Below, piece by piece: positions 38,158-50,465 of a stretch of DNA of 64,000 nt; positions within the stretch are counted from its first letter, which is position 1; the number at the start of each line of letters is the position of its first letter. The DNA comes from Acidobacteriota bacterium. GTDB taxonomy: Bacteria; Acidobacteriota; Thermoanaerobaculia; Gp7-AA8. The notes below the pieces were generated by a model. That model was not told where the DNA came from, ran no database searches, and worked only from the letters and a program-made list of their open reading frames with translations. The DNA lies in contig JAFATB010000023.1 of the NCBI GenBank assembly GCA_019244185.1, forward strand, positions 352,001-416,000, given 5' to 3'. Made by a program: the position numbers and the translations under genes.

Positions 38158-38652
38158 TCAACGCTCGGCGTGCACGCGCTGCGCGAGCTGCACGACCCAG
38201 TCCTGCGCCGCGGTACTTAGATATCCAACTTCCTCGCCCGATCGCGCATCGTAGATGTGACGGCAGATCAGATCGACGAGCAGGTCCATCGATGCATCGC
38301 CTCGTGACAAACGAACGCCGATTCCCGCGTCGCCACAGCCAAAGTGCGCGTCCGTGTACGACTCCGGCCTCGTGAGCACGGCCGCGAGCTCGGCGGCAGC
38401 ATCCGCGGACAGCACCGCCGATTCCGCCACGTGGCGGCCATGAGCGTTCGACGCGTCCTGCTCATCGAAGCGGTACAGCGTCACCTGCAGCTCGTTCCGG
38501 TTCGCCAGGAACGCGGCGATCCGGTCCGGGACGGCCGCGGGGCCGTCGCCGTGGACGTCGGTCGCAACGGGCGGCGGTGGCGGAACTCGCGTGTCGACGT
38601 GTCGACAGGAGAGAACGGTGAGTGCGATCAGCGGCAGACACGCGCGCGTCAT
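38158..38652 (-). CDS. Hypothetical lipoprotein
   Basis: Lipobox VLSC followed by a Pro-rich linker. Confidence 0.6.
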   Translation of the reverse strand: MTRACLPLIALTVLSCRHVDTRVPPPPPVATDVHGDGPAAVPDRIAAFLANRNELQVTLYRFDEQDASNAHGRHVAESAVLSADAAAELAAVLTRPESYTDAHFGCGDAGIGVRLSRGDASMDLLVDLICRHIYDARSGEEVGYLSTAAQDWVVQLAQRVHAER

Positions 38653-39782
38653 GCGGGGATTCTAACCGCCGCCTTCCGCGCCGCCCACCGCACCTTCACC
38701 TCCGGGAACGAGCCTCTCGCGAAGAAGACGTGCTCGGCGACGCCGCGCAGCACAGGCGTGCGCAGCGCGGCGAGGGCGAGCTCGGCGAGCGCCGGTGTGG
38801 CGATGGCGTTCATCGCGCGGCGCATCCAGCGGCGGGTGAGGAAACGCGCGCGGAAGCGCGAGCCGGTGTAGGCGCGGAGCGCGTCCGCGTCGCCGCGATC
38901 GAGGTACGCGGTGATGACATCGGCGGCGAATTCGGTGAGGCGCAGCGCTCCGTCGAGACCTCCGGCCGTGAGCGGCGAGACGGCGCCGGCGGCGTCGCCG
39001 ATGAGGAGCCCGCGTTTGCACGCGATGTTGCGCAGCATGCCGCCGACCGGAATCAAACCGCCGCGGCGTTCGATGGCGCGGCCGGCGCGGAACGGGAGGG
39101 TGTCGCGAAACGTGTGCAGTGCCTGCGCGGCGTTCCAGCCGCGTTTTCCCGACGTTCCGGCGAGGCCGACGTGCGCCTCGTGGCCGTCGTTCGCGACCCA
39201 GCCGATGTAGCCGGGGGCGAGGCGCGGGTCGACGAAGCAATGCAGCACCGGCTCGCGTGCGATCGGCGGCACGATCTCCTCGATGCCGGTGAGGAGCTCG
39301 CGATGCGTGTCGAGCCCGAGGAGTTGCGCGGTCGTCGAGCGTGCACCGTCGGCGCCGACGACGAAGCGCGTTGTGATCCGCTCGCGGCGTCCGTGGCGCA
39401 GCACCGTGATCGCGTCGTCATCGCACGCGACGAGCCGCGCGCCGGGGAGCCACGTCACGCCGGCGCGGACGCATTGTTCGACGAGGTGCAGGTAGAGCCA
39501 CGACATGCGGCCGAGGCGAAACTCGTCGTGGCGGGCGCGCAAGGTGAGCGGGCGGCGGGCGGGGGAGTAGAGCACGACGTCGCGGATGCCGGGGCCGAGT
39601 TGTTCCTCGGGCAGCGGGAAGTCTTCCCACGTCTTGCGCACGAAGATGCCGGTCGTCTGCACGGGGCCGGCGATGGACTCCTTGCGGTCGATGAGCAGGA
39701 CGCGGAAGCCGCGGAGGGCGAGGAGGCGGGCGCAGTGGAGACCGGAGAGACCGGCGCCGATGACCGCGATGTCGGTAGTCAT
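38649..39782 (-). CDS. Geranylgeranyl reductase-like FAD-dependent oxidoreductase
   Basis: IGAGLSG, VGADGARS and IGDAAGAVSPLTAGG motifs. Confidence 0.85.
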   Translation of the reverse strand: MTTDIAVIGAGLSGLHCARLLALRGFRVLLIDRKESIAGPVQTTGIFVRKTWEDFPLPEEQLGPGIRDVVLYSPARRPLTLRARHDEFRLGRMSWLYLHLVEQCVRAGVTWLPGARLVACDDDAITVLRHGRRERITTRFVVGADGARSTTAQLLGLDTHRELLTGIEEIVPPIAREPVLHCFVDPRLAPGYIGWVANDGHEAHVGLAGTSGKRGWNAAQALHTFRDTLPFRAGRAIERRGGLIPVGGMLRNIACKRGLLIGDAAGAVSPLTAGGLDGALRLTEFAADVITAYLDRGDADALRAYTGSRFRARFLTRRWMRRAMNAIATPALAELALAALRTPVLRGVAEHVFFARGSFPEVKVRWAARKAAVRIPA

Positions 39783-39807
39783 GAAAAGAACTTTACTATA
39801 AAAAGCG

Positions 39808-39878
39808 GAATGAAGAATGAAGAATGAAGAATGCAGAACGCAGAATGAAGAATTGTCGTGGGCGCTGCGCGCCACGTT
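39808..39878. repeat. Heptamer repeat element R5 (single arm plus core)
   Basis: (GAATGAA)3-GAATGCA-GAACGCA-GAATGAA-GAATTG then a core matching the reverse complement of the R2/R6 core. Confidence 0.85.
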
Positions 39879-39887
39879 TGTTAGCGA

Positions 39888-41129
39888 CTAGTCGTGGCGC
39901 GAGAAGATCAGCGTCGCGTTCGTGCCGCCGAAGCCGAACGAATTCGACAGCACGTGGCGGACTTCCTTCTGCCGCGCCACGTTCGGCGTGTAGTCGAGAT
40001 CGCACTCCGGGTCGGGGTTCTCGTAGTTGATCGTCGGCGGCAGGATGCCGTGTTTGACGACCAGCGCCGCGATCGCGGACTCGAGACCGCCGGCCGCGCC
40101 GAGGAGGTGGCCGGTCATCGACTTCGTCGAGCTGATGGCGACGTTGTACGCGGCGTCGCCGAACACGCGCTTGATCGCGATCGTCTCGGTCTTGTCGCCG
40201 ACGGGCGTCGACGTGCCGTGCGCGTTGATGTAGCCGATGTCGGTCGGCTGCAGCCCCGCGTCCTTCAGCGCACGGCCCATGACGCGCGCCATGCCGTCGC
40301 CATCTTCCGACGGCGAGGTGATGTGGAACGCATCGCTCGACATGCCGTAGCCGGTGAGCTCGCAGTAGATCTTCGCGCCGCGCGCGAGCGCGTGCTCGCG
40401 TTCCTCGAGGATCAGCACGCCCGCGCCTTCGCCCATGACGAAGCCGTCGCGTTCCTTGTCCCACGGGCGCGACGCGCGCTGCGGCTCGTCGTTGCGCGTC
40501 GAGAGCGCGCGCATCGCGGAGAAGCCGCCGACCGCGAGCGCGGTGATGACGGCCTCGCTGCCGCCGGCGAACATCACGTCCGCCTCGTCGTAGCGAATGA
40601 CTTTCGCCGCGTCGCCGATCGCGTGCGCGCCGGTGGCGCATGCGGTCGCGGGCGCGGAGCTCGGTCCCTTGCAGCCGAAGCGAATGGAGATGTGTCCCGC
40701 GGCGAGATTGACGATCAGGCCGGGGATGAAGAACGGAGAGATGCGGCTCGGTCCGCGCTCGAGGAGTTTCTTGTGCATCTCCTCGATGAGCGGCAGTCCG
40801 CCGATGCCGGAGCCGATGATGACGCCGACGCGGTCGGGATCGTCCTTCGACGGGTCGTAGCCCGCGTCGTCCACCGCGAGCTGCGCGGCGGCGACGGCGT
40901 AGTGGATGAAGGTGTCGGACTTCTTGACTTCCTTCTTCTCGATGAAGTCCTCGGCGTTGAAGCCGTGGACTTCGCCCGCGATCTGGCAGGCGTAGGCGCT
41001 CGCATCGAACTTCGTGATGCGGCCGACGCCGGAGCGTCCCTCGATCAGTCCCTGCCAGGTCGGCTCGTTGCCGACGCCGAGCGGGGAGATCATGCCGAGA
41101 CCGGTGACGACGACACGACGTTTGGTCAA
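39888..41129 (-). CDS. fabF: 3-oxoacyl-ACP synthase II
   Basis: [30 protein letters not shown] and NSFGFGG motifs. Confidence 0.97.
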   Translation of the reverse strand: MTKRRVVVTGLGMISPLGVGNEPTWQGLIEGRSGVGRITKFDASAYACQIAGEVHGFNAEDFIEKKEVKKSDTFIHYAVAAAQLAVDDAGYDPSKDDPDRVGVIIGSGIGGLPLIEEMHKKLLERGPSRISPFFIPGLIVNLAAGHISIRFGCKGPSSAPATACATGAHAIGDAAKVIRYDEADVMFAGGSEAVITALAVGGFSAMRALSTRNDEPQRASRPWDKERDGFVMGEGAGVLILEEREHALARGAKIYCELTGYGMSSDAFHITSPSEDGDGMARVMGRALKDAGLQPTDIGYINAHGTSTPVGDKTETIAIKRVFGDAAYNVAISSTKSMTGHLLGAAGGLESAIAALVVKHGILPPTINYENPDPECDLDYTPNVARQKEVRHVLSNSFGFGGTNATLIFSRHD

Positions 41130-41140
41130 ACCACTCTCCT

Positions 41141-41207
41141 AAAAAAGGGCTGAGTGCTGGATGCCGGGTGCCTCGCGGCACTCAACACCTGCAGCACTCA
41201 GTACTCG
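41141..41207. repeat. Second-type heptamer (TGAGTGC/GCACTCA) inverted repeat; likely acpP terminator
   Basis: TGAGTGC-TGGATGC-CGGGTGC / GCACTCA..GCACTCA-GTACTC with an adjacent A6. Confidence 0.65.
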
Positions 41208-41232
41208 TTGCGCGGGCAGCGCAACGCGGACG

Positions 41233-41472
41233 TCACTGAGCCTTGGCGCGCTTGTCGATGTACTCGACGGCGTCGCGGACTTTCCGGATCTTCTCCGCTT
41301 CATCGTCCGAGATCTCGACGCCGAATTCCTCTTCGAACGCCATGATCAGCTCGACGGTGTCGAGCGAATCGGCGCCGAGATCTTCGACGAACGAGGCGTC
41401 TGGCGTGACCTCCTCGGCGTCAACGCCGAGTTGCTCCACGATGATGGACTTGACCCTATCCTCTACCGACAT
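41233..41472 (-). CDS. acpP: Acyl carrier protein
   Basis: [12 protein letters not shown] motif; GAGGGAGG RBS. Confidence 0.97.
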   Translation of the reverse strand: MSVEDRVKSIIVEQLGVDAEEVTPDASFVEDLGADSLDTVELIMAFEEEFGVEISDDEAEKIRKVRDAVEYIDKRAKAQ

Positions 41473-41547
41473 CGGTATTCCTCCCTCGTGAGTATGCAAG
41501 GCGGGTTTTAGCACAGAGGTACGGAAAGTTGAACTTAGAATTCGCGC

Positions 41548-41847
41548 GTGCCGAAATTGATCTGGACCTACGAACAGGCCGCGGCGATGCTCCCCGAGGT
41601 GCAGCGCATCACCGCCGATGCCGTGAAGCGCGTCGATGCGTTGAGTGAAGAAGAAGGATCGGAGTCGGAGCGCGTCGTCACCGAATGGGCCGAGTCGATC
41701 CTGCGCCTCGGCATCGAGGTGAAGGGACTGTGGCTCGTCGACTTCGACAGCGGCGGCGGCTACTACTGCTGGCAGTATCCGGAGCCGGCGCTCGAACACT
41801 TCCACGGATACGAGGAAGGGTTCGGGGGGAGAGTGAAGCTGGTTTGA
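41548..41847 (+). CDS. DUF2203-like protein
   Basis: [12 protein letters not shown]...YYCWQYPE...[10 protein letters not shown]. Confidence 0.8.
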   Translation: MPKLIWTYEQAAAMLPEVQRITADAVKRVDALSEEEGSESERVVTEWAESILRLGIEVKGLWLVDFDSGGGYYCWQYPEPALEHFHGYEEGFGGRVKLV

Positions 41848-42617
41848 TCCGAGCCGTCGCATTCGATCTCTGGGAAACGCTGATCACGGACACGCCCGAT
41901 CTGTCGCGGAGTCAGGAGCGGCTGCGCACCTCGCGCATGGAAGCGATCCTGACCGCGCGCGGCTACGGCGCGCTCGCCGATCGCATCGAGCACGCGTATC
42001 GCGCGCTGTGGCGCCGCTGCCACGAGCTCTATTGGTCAGCGGACCTCGACGTGCCGTGCCGCCGGCAGATCGAGCACTTTCTCGAAGAGCTCGAAGTGGA
42101 CGTGCGCGAGTTCGACGAAGCGATGCTCGCGGAGCTCGAGCACGCATACGCGCACGCGGCGGTCGACGTGCCGCCGGCCGTCGTCGCGGGTGCCGCGGAG
42201 ACGCTGCGCGCGCTCAAGTCGCGCGGCCTCGGCGTGGGTCTCATCAGCAACACCGGACGCACGCCGGGCTACGCGTTGCGGCGGATTCTCGACGTGCTCG
42301 GCCTCGCGTCGTCGATCGATGTGATGGTGTTTTCGAACGAACACGGCGCGTGCAAGCCGCAGCCGTCGATCTTCGAGGAGCTGCGGCGCGGTCTCGGCGT
42401 CGCGTACGACGAGCTGGTGTTCGTCGGCGACAACGCGTACGTCGACGTGCACGGCGCGCAGCGTTGCGGGATGCGGGCGGTGCTGTTCGAGCCGCCGGTA
42501 CGCGGCACCGCGGTCGCGCCGCCGGTCGAGCACGGACTGACGATCGTGCCGGATGCGACGGTGCACGCGCTGCCGGAGCTCGTGGAGGTCATCGACAGCC
42601 TTGGCGCACGCGGATAA
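41844..42617 (+). CDS. HAD family hydrolase
   Basis: [18 protein letters not shown] and VGDNAYVD motifs; TTGA overlap start. Confidence 0.88.
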   Translation: MIRAVAFDLWETLITDTPDLSRSQERLRTSRMEAILTARGYGALADRIEHAYRALWRRCHELYWSADLDVPCRRQIEHFLEELEVDVREFDEAMLAELEHAYAHAAVDVPPAVVAGAAETLRALKSRGLGVGLISNTGRTPGYALRRILDVLGLASSIDVMVFSNEHGACKPQPSIFEELRRGLGVAYDELVFVGDNAYVDVHGAQRCGMRAVLFEPPVRGTAVAPPVEHGLTIVPDATVHALPELVEVIDSLGARG

Positions 42618-43443
42618 GGATTTCGTCGAGCTGCGCACGCAGCATCTGACGATCGACGGACGCTCGCGCGCGGGGCACGAGACGTACTTTCGCGTGCGCG
42701 AGCTCGGCGTCGCGCTCGACATCGGACGCTGTCCCGATCTCGTCGTGCCGCTCGCCCACGTCTTCATCACGCACGCGCACCTCGATCACGCCGCGGGCAT
42801 TCCGTTCTACGCGGGCCAGCGCAAGCTGCAGGGGCTCGACGGCGGCACGATCTACGTGCCGCGCGAATCGGCGGACGACGTCCGCGCGCTGCTCGCGATC
42901 CAGGAGAAGCTGACCGGCGCGGAGTTCGAGGTCGAGGTGATCGGCGTCGCGGCGGGCGAGGAAGTGCGCGTCGGGCGGCGGCTCTTCGTGCGGGCGCATG
43001 CCGCGCCGCATCGCGTGGCCGCGCGCGCGTACGAATTCATCGAGTCGCGCCATCATCTGCGCGAGGAGTTCGCCTCGCTCGCCAGCGACGAGCTCGCGCA
43101 GCTGCGGCGTGAAGGCGTCGCCGTCGAGGAGGAGTTCCGGCGTTCGGTGCTGCTGTACACGGGCGACACGGATCGCGGCTTCCTCGAGCGGTGCGAGGCG
43201 GCGTTCACGGCCGAGGTGCTGATGATCGAGTGCTCGTTCGTCGCGGAAGGACATCAGGACCGCGCGGCGCGGTACCGGCACATCCACATCGACGATCTCG
43301 CGGATTTCGCGGATCGTTTTCAGAACGAGGCGGTGATCCTCACGCACTTCTCGCGGCGCTACTCGCGGGAGGTGATCCGGGAGGCGGTGCGGCAACGGCT
43401 GCCGCATGCGCTGCGCGAGAAGGTGCGGGTCGCTCTGCCGTAG
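42601..43443 (+). CDS. MBL-fold metallohydrolase (RNase Z-like)
   Basis: THAHLDH, YTGDT, IECSF and LTHFSRRY motifs. Confidence 0.82.
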   Translation: MAHADKDFVELRTQHLTIDGRSRAGHETYFRVRELGVALDIGRCPDLVVPLAHVFITHAHLDHAAGIPFYAGQRKLQGLDGGTIYVPRESADDVRALLAIQEKLTGAEFEVEVIGVAAGEEVRVGRRLFVRAHAAPHRVAARAYEFIESRHHLREEFASLASDELAQLRREGVAVEEEFRRSVLLYTGDTDRGFLERCEAAFTAEVLMIECSFVAEGHQDRAARYRHIHIDDLADFADRFQNEAVILTHFSRRYSREVIREAVRQRLPHALREKVRVALP

Positions 43444-43491
43444 CACCATCTTTGCACGGTGGGCGCACGCAGAAAGGTATTCTTCGCCGCA

Positions 43492-45030
43492 ATGACCGTT
43501 CGTGGCTCGCGCCTGGTTGCGCTCCTCGCAGTTCTGCTGATCGCGCTGGTGGATCCCTCCGCCGGCGCGGCGACGAAAAAGAAAACAACGAAGAAGTCGA
43601 CGCACCGTCGCGCCGCCGCGACGCGCAAGGCCGCGCCGGCACCGGTCGAAGCAGCGACCGGCGCGACGTTCGAGGAGCGGCTCGCATCGCTCGTGAACGG
43701 CCGGACGTCGGCCAGCGCCGACACGAGCATCCAGGTCGTCGAGCTCGAGTCGGGACGCGTCGTGGCCGAGCGCAATCCGCACATGGTGCTCGCGCCGGCG
43801 TCGAACATGAAGCTCTTCACGACGGCGGCGGCCATCGACATCCTCAAGCCGTCGTTCGAGGTGACGACCGGCGTCTACGCGCGCGGCGACATTGACGCGA
43901 GCGGCACGCTCAACGGCGATCTCAAGTTCGTCGGCCACGGCGACCCGACCATCGGCGGCCGCTTTCACGACGGCTCGGCGACCGCGGTCATTCAGGACTG
44001 GGCCGCGGATCTGCGCCGCGCCGGCATCAAGAACGTGCACGGCAATCTCGTCTTCGAGTACGGCTACATGGACACGGAGTACATCCATCCGACGTGGCCG
44101 GTCGATCAGCTGGTGAACTGGTACGAGGCGCCGGTGTCGGCGTTCTCGATGCAGGAAGGGTGCGTCGAAGTGCGCGTGCTGCCGAGCCGCGCGGGACAGC
44201 AATGCGTCGTGCAGCTCGAGCCGCCGACGGCGTTCCTCAACGTGCAGAACAGCTGTCGCACGGGCGGCGGGCTGCCGTTCATCACGCGGCAGCGCGGCTC
44301 GAACACGATCATCGTGCGCGGCGGCGTCCCCGCGCGTTCGGGCGCGACGGAAGTCTTCGTCACCGTCGAGAATCCGATTCAGTACTTCGCGTCGGTGACG
44401 AACGAGGCGCTGCAGCGCGCGGGCATCAGCATCAGCGGCACGATCCTCCTCACGCCGCGCGACGCGCGCACCGACTGGCGTCTGCTCACGAAGCATTCGA
44501 CGCCGCTCAGCATCCTCGTCTACGTGATCAACAAAAAGAGCCAGAACCATTACGCCGAGCAGGTCGTGAAGATGATCGGCGCGGAGCGGCGGAACCAGGG
44601 CTCGTGGGCGAGCGGCACGGCTTCGGTGAAGGAGTGGCTGACGACGAAAGTCGGCGTGCCGGAAGGGGAATTCTCACCGACCGACGGCAGCGGTATGTCG
44701 CGCAACAATCGCGCGTCGTCGTTCGCGTTCATCCAGCTGCTGCGTTACATGTGGAAGACGCCGTGGCGCGAGGAGTTCGTCAGCTCGCTGCCGTACTCCG
44801 GAGATCTCGACTCGAAGTTCGGCCATCGTCTCCGGAATCCGCCGTACGCGCGGCAGGTGTACGCGAAGACCGGCTACATCTCCGGCGTGATCGGCTTGTC
44901 GGGCTACGTCCACGCGCAGAGCGGCAAGGTTTACGCGTTCTCGTTCCTCTTCAACCGCTATCGCGTCGGCGTGTTCGCGGTGTACCGGCTGGAAGATGAG
45001 ATGCTGAAAGAGATCATCAAGAACGGCTAA
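43492..45030 (+). CDS. dacB: D-Ala-D-Ala carboxypeptidase/endopeptidase (PBP4)
   Basis: PASNMK (SxxK), SQN, DGSGMSR and KTG motifs. Confidence 0.92.
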   Translation: MTVRGSRLVALLAVLLIALVDPSAGAATKKKTTKKSTHRRAAATRKAAPAPVEAATGATFEERLASLVNGRTSASADTSIQVVELESGRVVAERNPHMVLAPASNMKLFTTAAAIDILKPSFEVTTGVYARGDIDASGTLNGDLKFVGHGDPTIGGRFHDGSATAVIQDWAADLRRAGIKNVHGNLVFEYGYMDTEYIHPTWPVDQLVNWYEAPVSAFSMQEGCVEVRVLPSRAGQQCVVQLEPPTAFLNVQNSCRTGGGLPFITRQRGSNTIIVRGGVPARSGATEVFVTVENPIQYFASVTNEALQRAGISISGTILLTPRDARTDWRLLTKHSTPLSILVYVINKKSQNHYAEQVVKMIGAERRNQGSWASGTASVKEWLTTKVGVPEGEFSPTDGSGMSRNNRASSFAFIQLLRYMWKTPWREEFVSSLPYSGDLDSKFGHRLRNPPYARQVYAKTGYISGVIGLSGYVHAQSGKVYAFSFLFNRYRVGVFAVYRLEDEMLKEIIKNG

Positions 45031-45034
45031 AAGC

Positions 45035-45148
45035 TGAATGAAGAACGCAGAACGCAGAACGAAGAATTGAGAAAAGAGAGACGTGCGTGCGCTAAAGCGC
45101 ACGCCACCACAATTCTTCATTCTGCGTTCTGCGTTCTGAATTCTTCAT

Positions 45149-45151
<3 letters not shown>
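45035..45151. repeat. Heptamer-arm inverted repeat element R6
   Basis: Near-identical to R2; core ACGTGCGTGCGCTAAAGCGCACGCCACCAC; last 3 nt are the stop of the convergent gene. Confidence 0.9.
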
Positions 45152-47046
<1,895 letters not shown>

Positions 47047-47053
47047 CGACACG

Positions 47054-47422
47054 TTGAGCGCGGACGCCGGCGAGGCCGTGACCGACTTTGCAGTGCGCGT
47101 CAACGACGAGCACCGCATCGAGTTCGTCAGCGCGTCGCGCGGACGGCTGGCGAGCTTTCCCGCGTGGGAACACGCCGACCGTGATCTGCGCCACTTCGTC
47201 GCCGCGGACGTGCCGCTCGGCACGTTCGACGCGCCCTACGAGGACGCCGACGAAGGGTGGCGCATCGCCATCTACGAGCACGCCGGCTGGGTGTACGTCG
47301 ACGAGAACGGCGTCTCATTTCGCGTGCCGCGCGAGCGGTACCTGCGCGCGTGGGCGGCGGTGATCGATCAGTTCAATCCGATCACGCCGCTGGACGACGG
47401 CGATTCCGGCGATCCCGCATAG
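47054..47422 (+). CDS. Hypothetical protein
   Basis: Fills the gap between guaB and the decarboxylase with typical codon usage. Confidence 0.6.
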   Translation: MSADAGEAVTDFAVRVNDEHRIEFVSASRGRLASFPAWEHADRDLRHFVAADVPLGTFDAPYEDADEGWRIAIYEHAGWVYVDENGVSFRVPRERYLRAWAAVIDQFNPITPLDDGDSGDPA

Positions 47423-47434
47423 AATCCGCGCGCC

Positions 47435-48751
47435 ATGGAATCGCGCGCCTACGCTCACGCGCTCGTCGACCTGCTGTTCGATCACGTCGAGAACGTCGCC
47501 ACGCGCCCCGTCGTCGAGTGGACGCCCGCGCGGGAACTGCGCGACCTCGTGCGCATCGACGGCACGACGCGCGATCCGCTCGCGCTCGCGCAACTCGTCG
47601 CACGCTACTCGATCCAGCTGCACCATCCGTCGTACATGGGGCATCAGGTCTGCCCGCCGATTCTCGACGCCGCCACGACCGATCTCCTGATCTCGTTTCT
47701 CAATCAGTCGACCGCGGTGTGGGAGATGAGTCCGATCGGGACGGTCATCGAGAAAGAGATCGTGCGCTGGCTGGCCGATCGCGCCGGCTATCCCGACACC
47801 GCCGAAGGCACGGCCGTCTCCGGCGGCTCGGCGGCGAATCTCACGGGCCTCCTCGCGGCGCGCGCGCGATTCGACGCGACCAAACGTCCGATCGTCGTCG
47901 TGGGCGCCGACGCGCATTACTCGATCGCGCGCGCGGCCGCGATGATGGGCATTCCGCCGGCGGATGTGCTGAAGGTCGCCACCGACGACGCGCATCGCAT
48001 GGACGTCGCGGCGCTCGAAGAAACGCTCGCCGCGGTGGAAGCGCGCGGCGACGCGGCGGTGCTCGCGATCGTGGCGACGTCGGGCTCGACCGCCACCGGC
48101 GCGTTCGACAAGCTCGACGAGATCGCGCTCCTGCGCGACCGCTACCGCACGTGGCTGCACGTCGACGCGGCGCACGGCGCGTCGGTCCTGTTGAGCGACT
48201 CGCTTGCGCATCTCGTGCGCGGCCTCGAACAGTCCGACTCTTTCTCCTGGGATCCGCACAAGATGATGTGGATGCCGCTCTCCCTCGGCAGCATCCTCGT
48301 GCGCGACGGCGTCTGGCTGCGCCGCGCGTTCGAAGCGGATGCGCCGTATCTCTTCCACGCCGGCTCGGAAAACCTCGGCGAGATGACGATCCAGTGCTCG
48401 AAACGCGCGGACGCGATCAAGCTCTGGCTCGTGCTGCAGTCGCGCGGCACCGCGCCGATCGTCGACGCCATCGAGCGCACCGCGGCGCTGACGCGCTATC
48501 TCTACGAGCGCATCGTCGCTTCGGACGACTTCGAGCCGGTGCACGAGCCGGCGCTGAACATCCTCTGCTTCCGCCGCCGCGGCTTCGACGACGAGCAGAC
48601 CGCGGCTCTGCGCGAGCGATTGCTGCGCAGCGGCAAGGCGTGGATCACGACGACCGTGCTGCGCAACGAGCGCGTGCTGCGCGTGACCATGATGAATCCG
48701 CGCACGACCGAGCGCGACGTGGATGCAATGCTCAACGCGCTGAGGGAGTGA
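47435..48751 (+). CDS. Group II PLP-dependent amino acid decarboxylase
   Basis: SGGSAANL, AHYSI, WLHVDAAHG and WDPHKM motifs. Confidence 0.92.
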   Translation: MESRAYAHALVDLLFDHVENVATRPVVEWTPARELRDLVRIDGTTRDPLALAQLVARYSIQLHHPSYMGHQVCPPILDAATTDLLISFLNQSTAVWEMSPIGTVIEKEIVRWLADRAGYPDTAEGTAVSGGSAANLTGLLAARARFDATKRPIVVVGADAHYSIARAAAMMGIPPADVLKVATDDAHRMDVAALEETLAAVEARGDAAVLAIVATSGSTATGAFDKLDEIALLRDRYRTWLHVDAAHGASVLLSDSLAHLVRGLEQSDSFSWDPHKMMWMPLSLGSILVRDGVWLRRAFEADAPYLFHAGSENLGEMTIQCSKRADAIKLWLVLQSRGTAPIVDAIERTAALTRYLYERIVASDDFEPVHEPALNILCFRRRGFDDEQTAALRERLLRSGKAWITTTVLRNERVLRVTMMNPRTTERDVDAMLNALRE

Positions 48752-48752
48752 C

Positions 48753-49472
48753 GTGCTGCGCGTCGTGCTGGTCGAGCCGCGCGAGGCGGGGAACGTCGGC
48801 GCCGTCGCGCGCGCGATGAAGAACTTCGGCTTCGACGAGCTCGTGATCGCCGGCGAGCATCCGCAGCTGCTTCCCGTCGCCGGCTGGTGGGCGAGCGGCG
48901 CGGACGATCTCCTCGCAAACGCGCGCTTCGTACCGACGCTCGCCGATGCGCTGGCGGACGCGCACGTCACGGTCGCCACGACGTCGATGCGCGGCCGCAC
49001 GAATCCGGTCACGTTCACGCCGCGGACGCTCGCCGAGAAGTTCGCCACGCTCGCGCGCGAACAGACGCTCGCGCTCGTCTTCGGCCGCGAGGACAGCGGT
49101 CTCACGCGCGATGAGCTCGTGCTCTGCCAGTACACGGCCGCGATTCCGGCGAACCACGCGTTCCCGACGATGAACCTCGCGCAGGCGGCGTGCGTCTTCT
49201 GCTACGAGCTCTCGTCGATCGCGCCCGCGGAGACGTCACGCGCGTTCGCCGACGCGGGCTCGGTCGAGCGGCTGCACCAGCGCGCGCGGGCGCTGCTGCT
49301 CGAGTCGGGGTTCCTGCACGCGAACAATCCCGACCGCATCTACGACGACGTGCGCGCGATGATCGCCCGCGCCGATCTCGACGCGCGCGAGGTCACCATC
49401 GCCCTGGGGATCATTCGGCAGCTCGAGTGGAAACTCCGGAACGCTGCTCGCCCGTCTGATGCAGGCGATTGA
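48753..49472 (+). CDS. trmJ: TrmJ/TrmH family SPOUT RNA methyltransferase
   Basis: NVGAVARAMKNFG, FGREDSGL and MNLAQA motifs. Confidence 0.8.
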   Translation: MLRVVLVEPREAGNVGAVARAMKNFGFDELVIAGEHPQLLPVAGWWASGADDLLANARFVPTLADALADAHVTVATTSMRGRTNPVTFTPRTLAEKFATLAREQTLALVFGREDSGLTRDELVLCQYTAAIPANHAFPTMNLAQAACVFCYELSSIAPAETSRAFADAGSVERLHQRARALLLESGFLHANNPDRIYDDVRAMIARADLDAREVTIALGIIRQLEWKLRNAARPSDAGD

Positions 49473-49857
49473 GACATTCGGAGATGATCTCGATGAACGT
49501 GTCGAGATCGAACGGCTTCAAGATCGAGTTGCAGACCGCGCTCGGCGGGATCTTGTCGACGCCGCGTTTGCCCGCGGCGGTGAAGACGATGATGTGCGGC
49601 CGGTCGTCGGGCGCATACTTCTGCCCGATCTGCTCGATGAACTCGTAGCCGTTGAGGCGCGGCATCATCAGATCGAGCAGGATCAGATCGAACGCGCCGT
49701 CATGCTGCAGTTTGTCGAGACCCGCCGCGCCGTCTTCCGCCAGCGCCACGTCGAATTTCATCCGCCGCAGAACCGCCTGCAGCAGCACTCGGATCGCAAG
49801 GTCATCGTCGATGACCAGAATCCGTCGTCCTGTGCCGTCAATCTTGTGTACGGGCAT
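49411..49857 (-). CDS. Single-domain response regulator (REC)
   Basis: ILVIDDD, ILLDLMMPRLNG, FTA and KPFD motifs. Confidence 0.88.
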   Translation of the reverse strand: MPVHKIDGTGRRILVIDDDLAIRVLLQAVLRRMKFDVALAEDGAAGLDKLQHDGAFDLILLDLMMPRLNGYEFIEQIGQKYAPDDRPHIIVFTAAGKRGVDKIPPSAVCNSILKPFDLDTFIEIISECLNRLHQTGEQRSGVSTRAAE

Positions 49858-49979
49858 GGCGCTCGCGCTCGTCCGAAAATGCGAAAGTCATACCGGCCTG
49901 AGGTGTTCTCACAATCAGATTACACCGAACCGCAAGCCGAACGTATCGCCGGAGGCATGTTACGTCCGATGCAAACGAA

Positions 49980-50465
49980 ATGATCTTCGCGTTTCGCCCG
50001 TGGGTCCGGCGAGCAGGACTGTCGATCGTGCTCACCGCCGCGGCCATCTCCGCGGCCATCGCGCTCGCTCTTCTCTTCGTTCCCGGCGCGCGCTACGGCT
50101 GGATCGGCGAACGCTTCGTCTGGGTCTACATCGGCACGCTGTGGCTCGGCGGACTGAAAGTGTGGCTCGGCACGCGGCGCCCGATCGCGGAGGTGCGCGA
50201 CGACACGTTGACGCTGCGGCCACTGCATCAATTCCGGACACGTGTCGTGCGTTGGGACGCATTGCGCGGCACCGAGCAGCTGACCGGCGGCGATCGTCTC
50301 ATCGTTTATTTCGAGACGCCGCGCGGTCTACGCTTCGTGGCGCTCAATCTCAACCTCGTGAAGGGACGCCGCGACTTTCTCGCGCTCATGGACAAGCGAC
50401 TCTACGCCATGCAGTTCGTCGAGAAGATCGTCGACCGCTCGCGGTATCTTTCCCGACCGACATGA
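49980..50465 (+). CDS. Hypothetical membrane protein
   Basis: Two TM helices plus a PH-like beta region; ATGA overlap with ligA. Confidence 0.6.
   Translation: MIFAFRPWVRRAGLSIVLTAAAISAAIALALLFVPGARYGWIGERFVWVYIGTLWLGGLKVWLGTRRPIAEVRDDTLTLRPLHQFRTRVVRWDALRGTEQLTGGDRLIVYFETPRGLRFVALNLNLVKGRRDFLALMDKRLYAMQFVEKIVDRSRYLSRPT

Noticed and set aside
49860-49979. Possible riboswitch or ncRNA in AT-richer divergent intergenic region
   Set aside because: Only a weak hairpin and no recognisable Rfam motif; consistent with divergent promoters.
49652-50461. N-terminally extended 930-aa LigA; similar extensions of tag, SurA-like, grpE, acpP, livM and GGR ORFs
   Set aside because: The extensions are stop-free frames overlapping other genes or repeats. 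Family N-termini begin at the internal starts listed in features.
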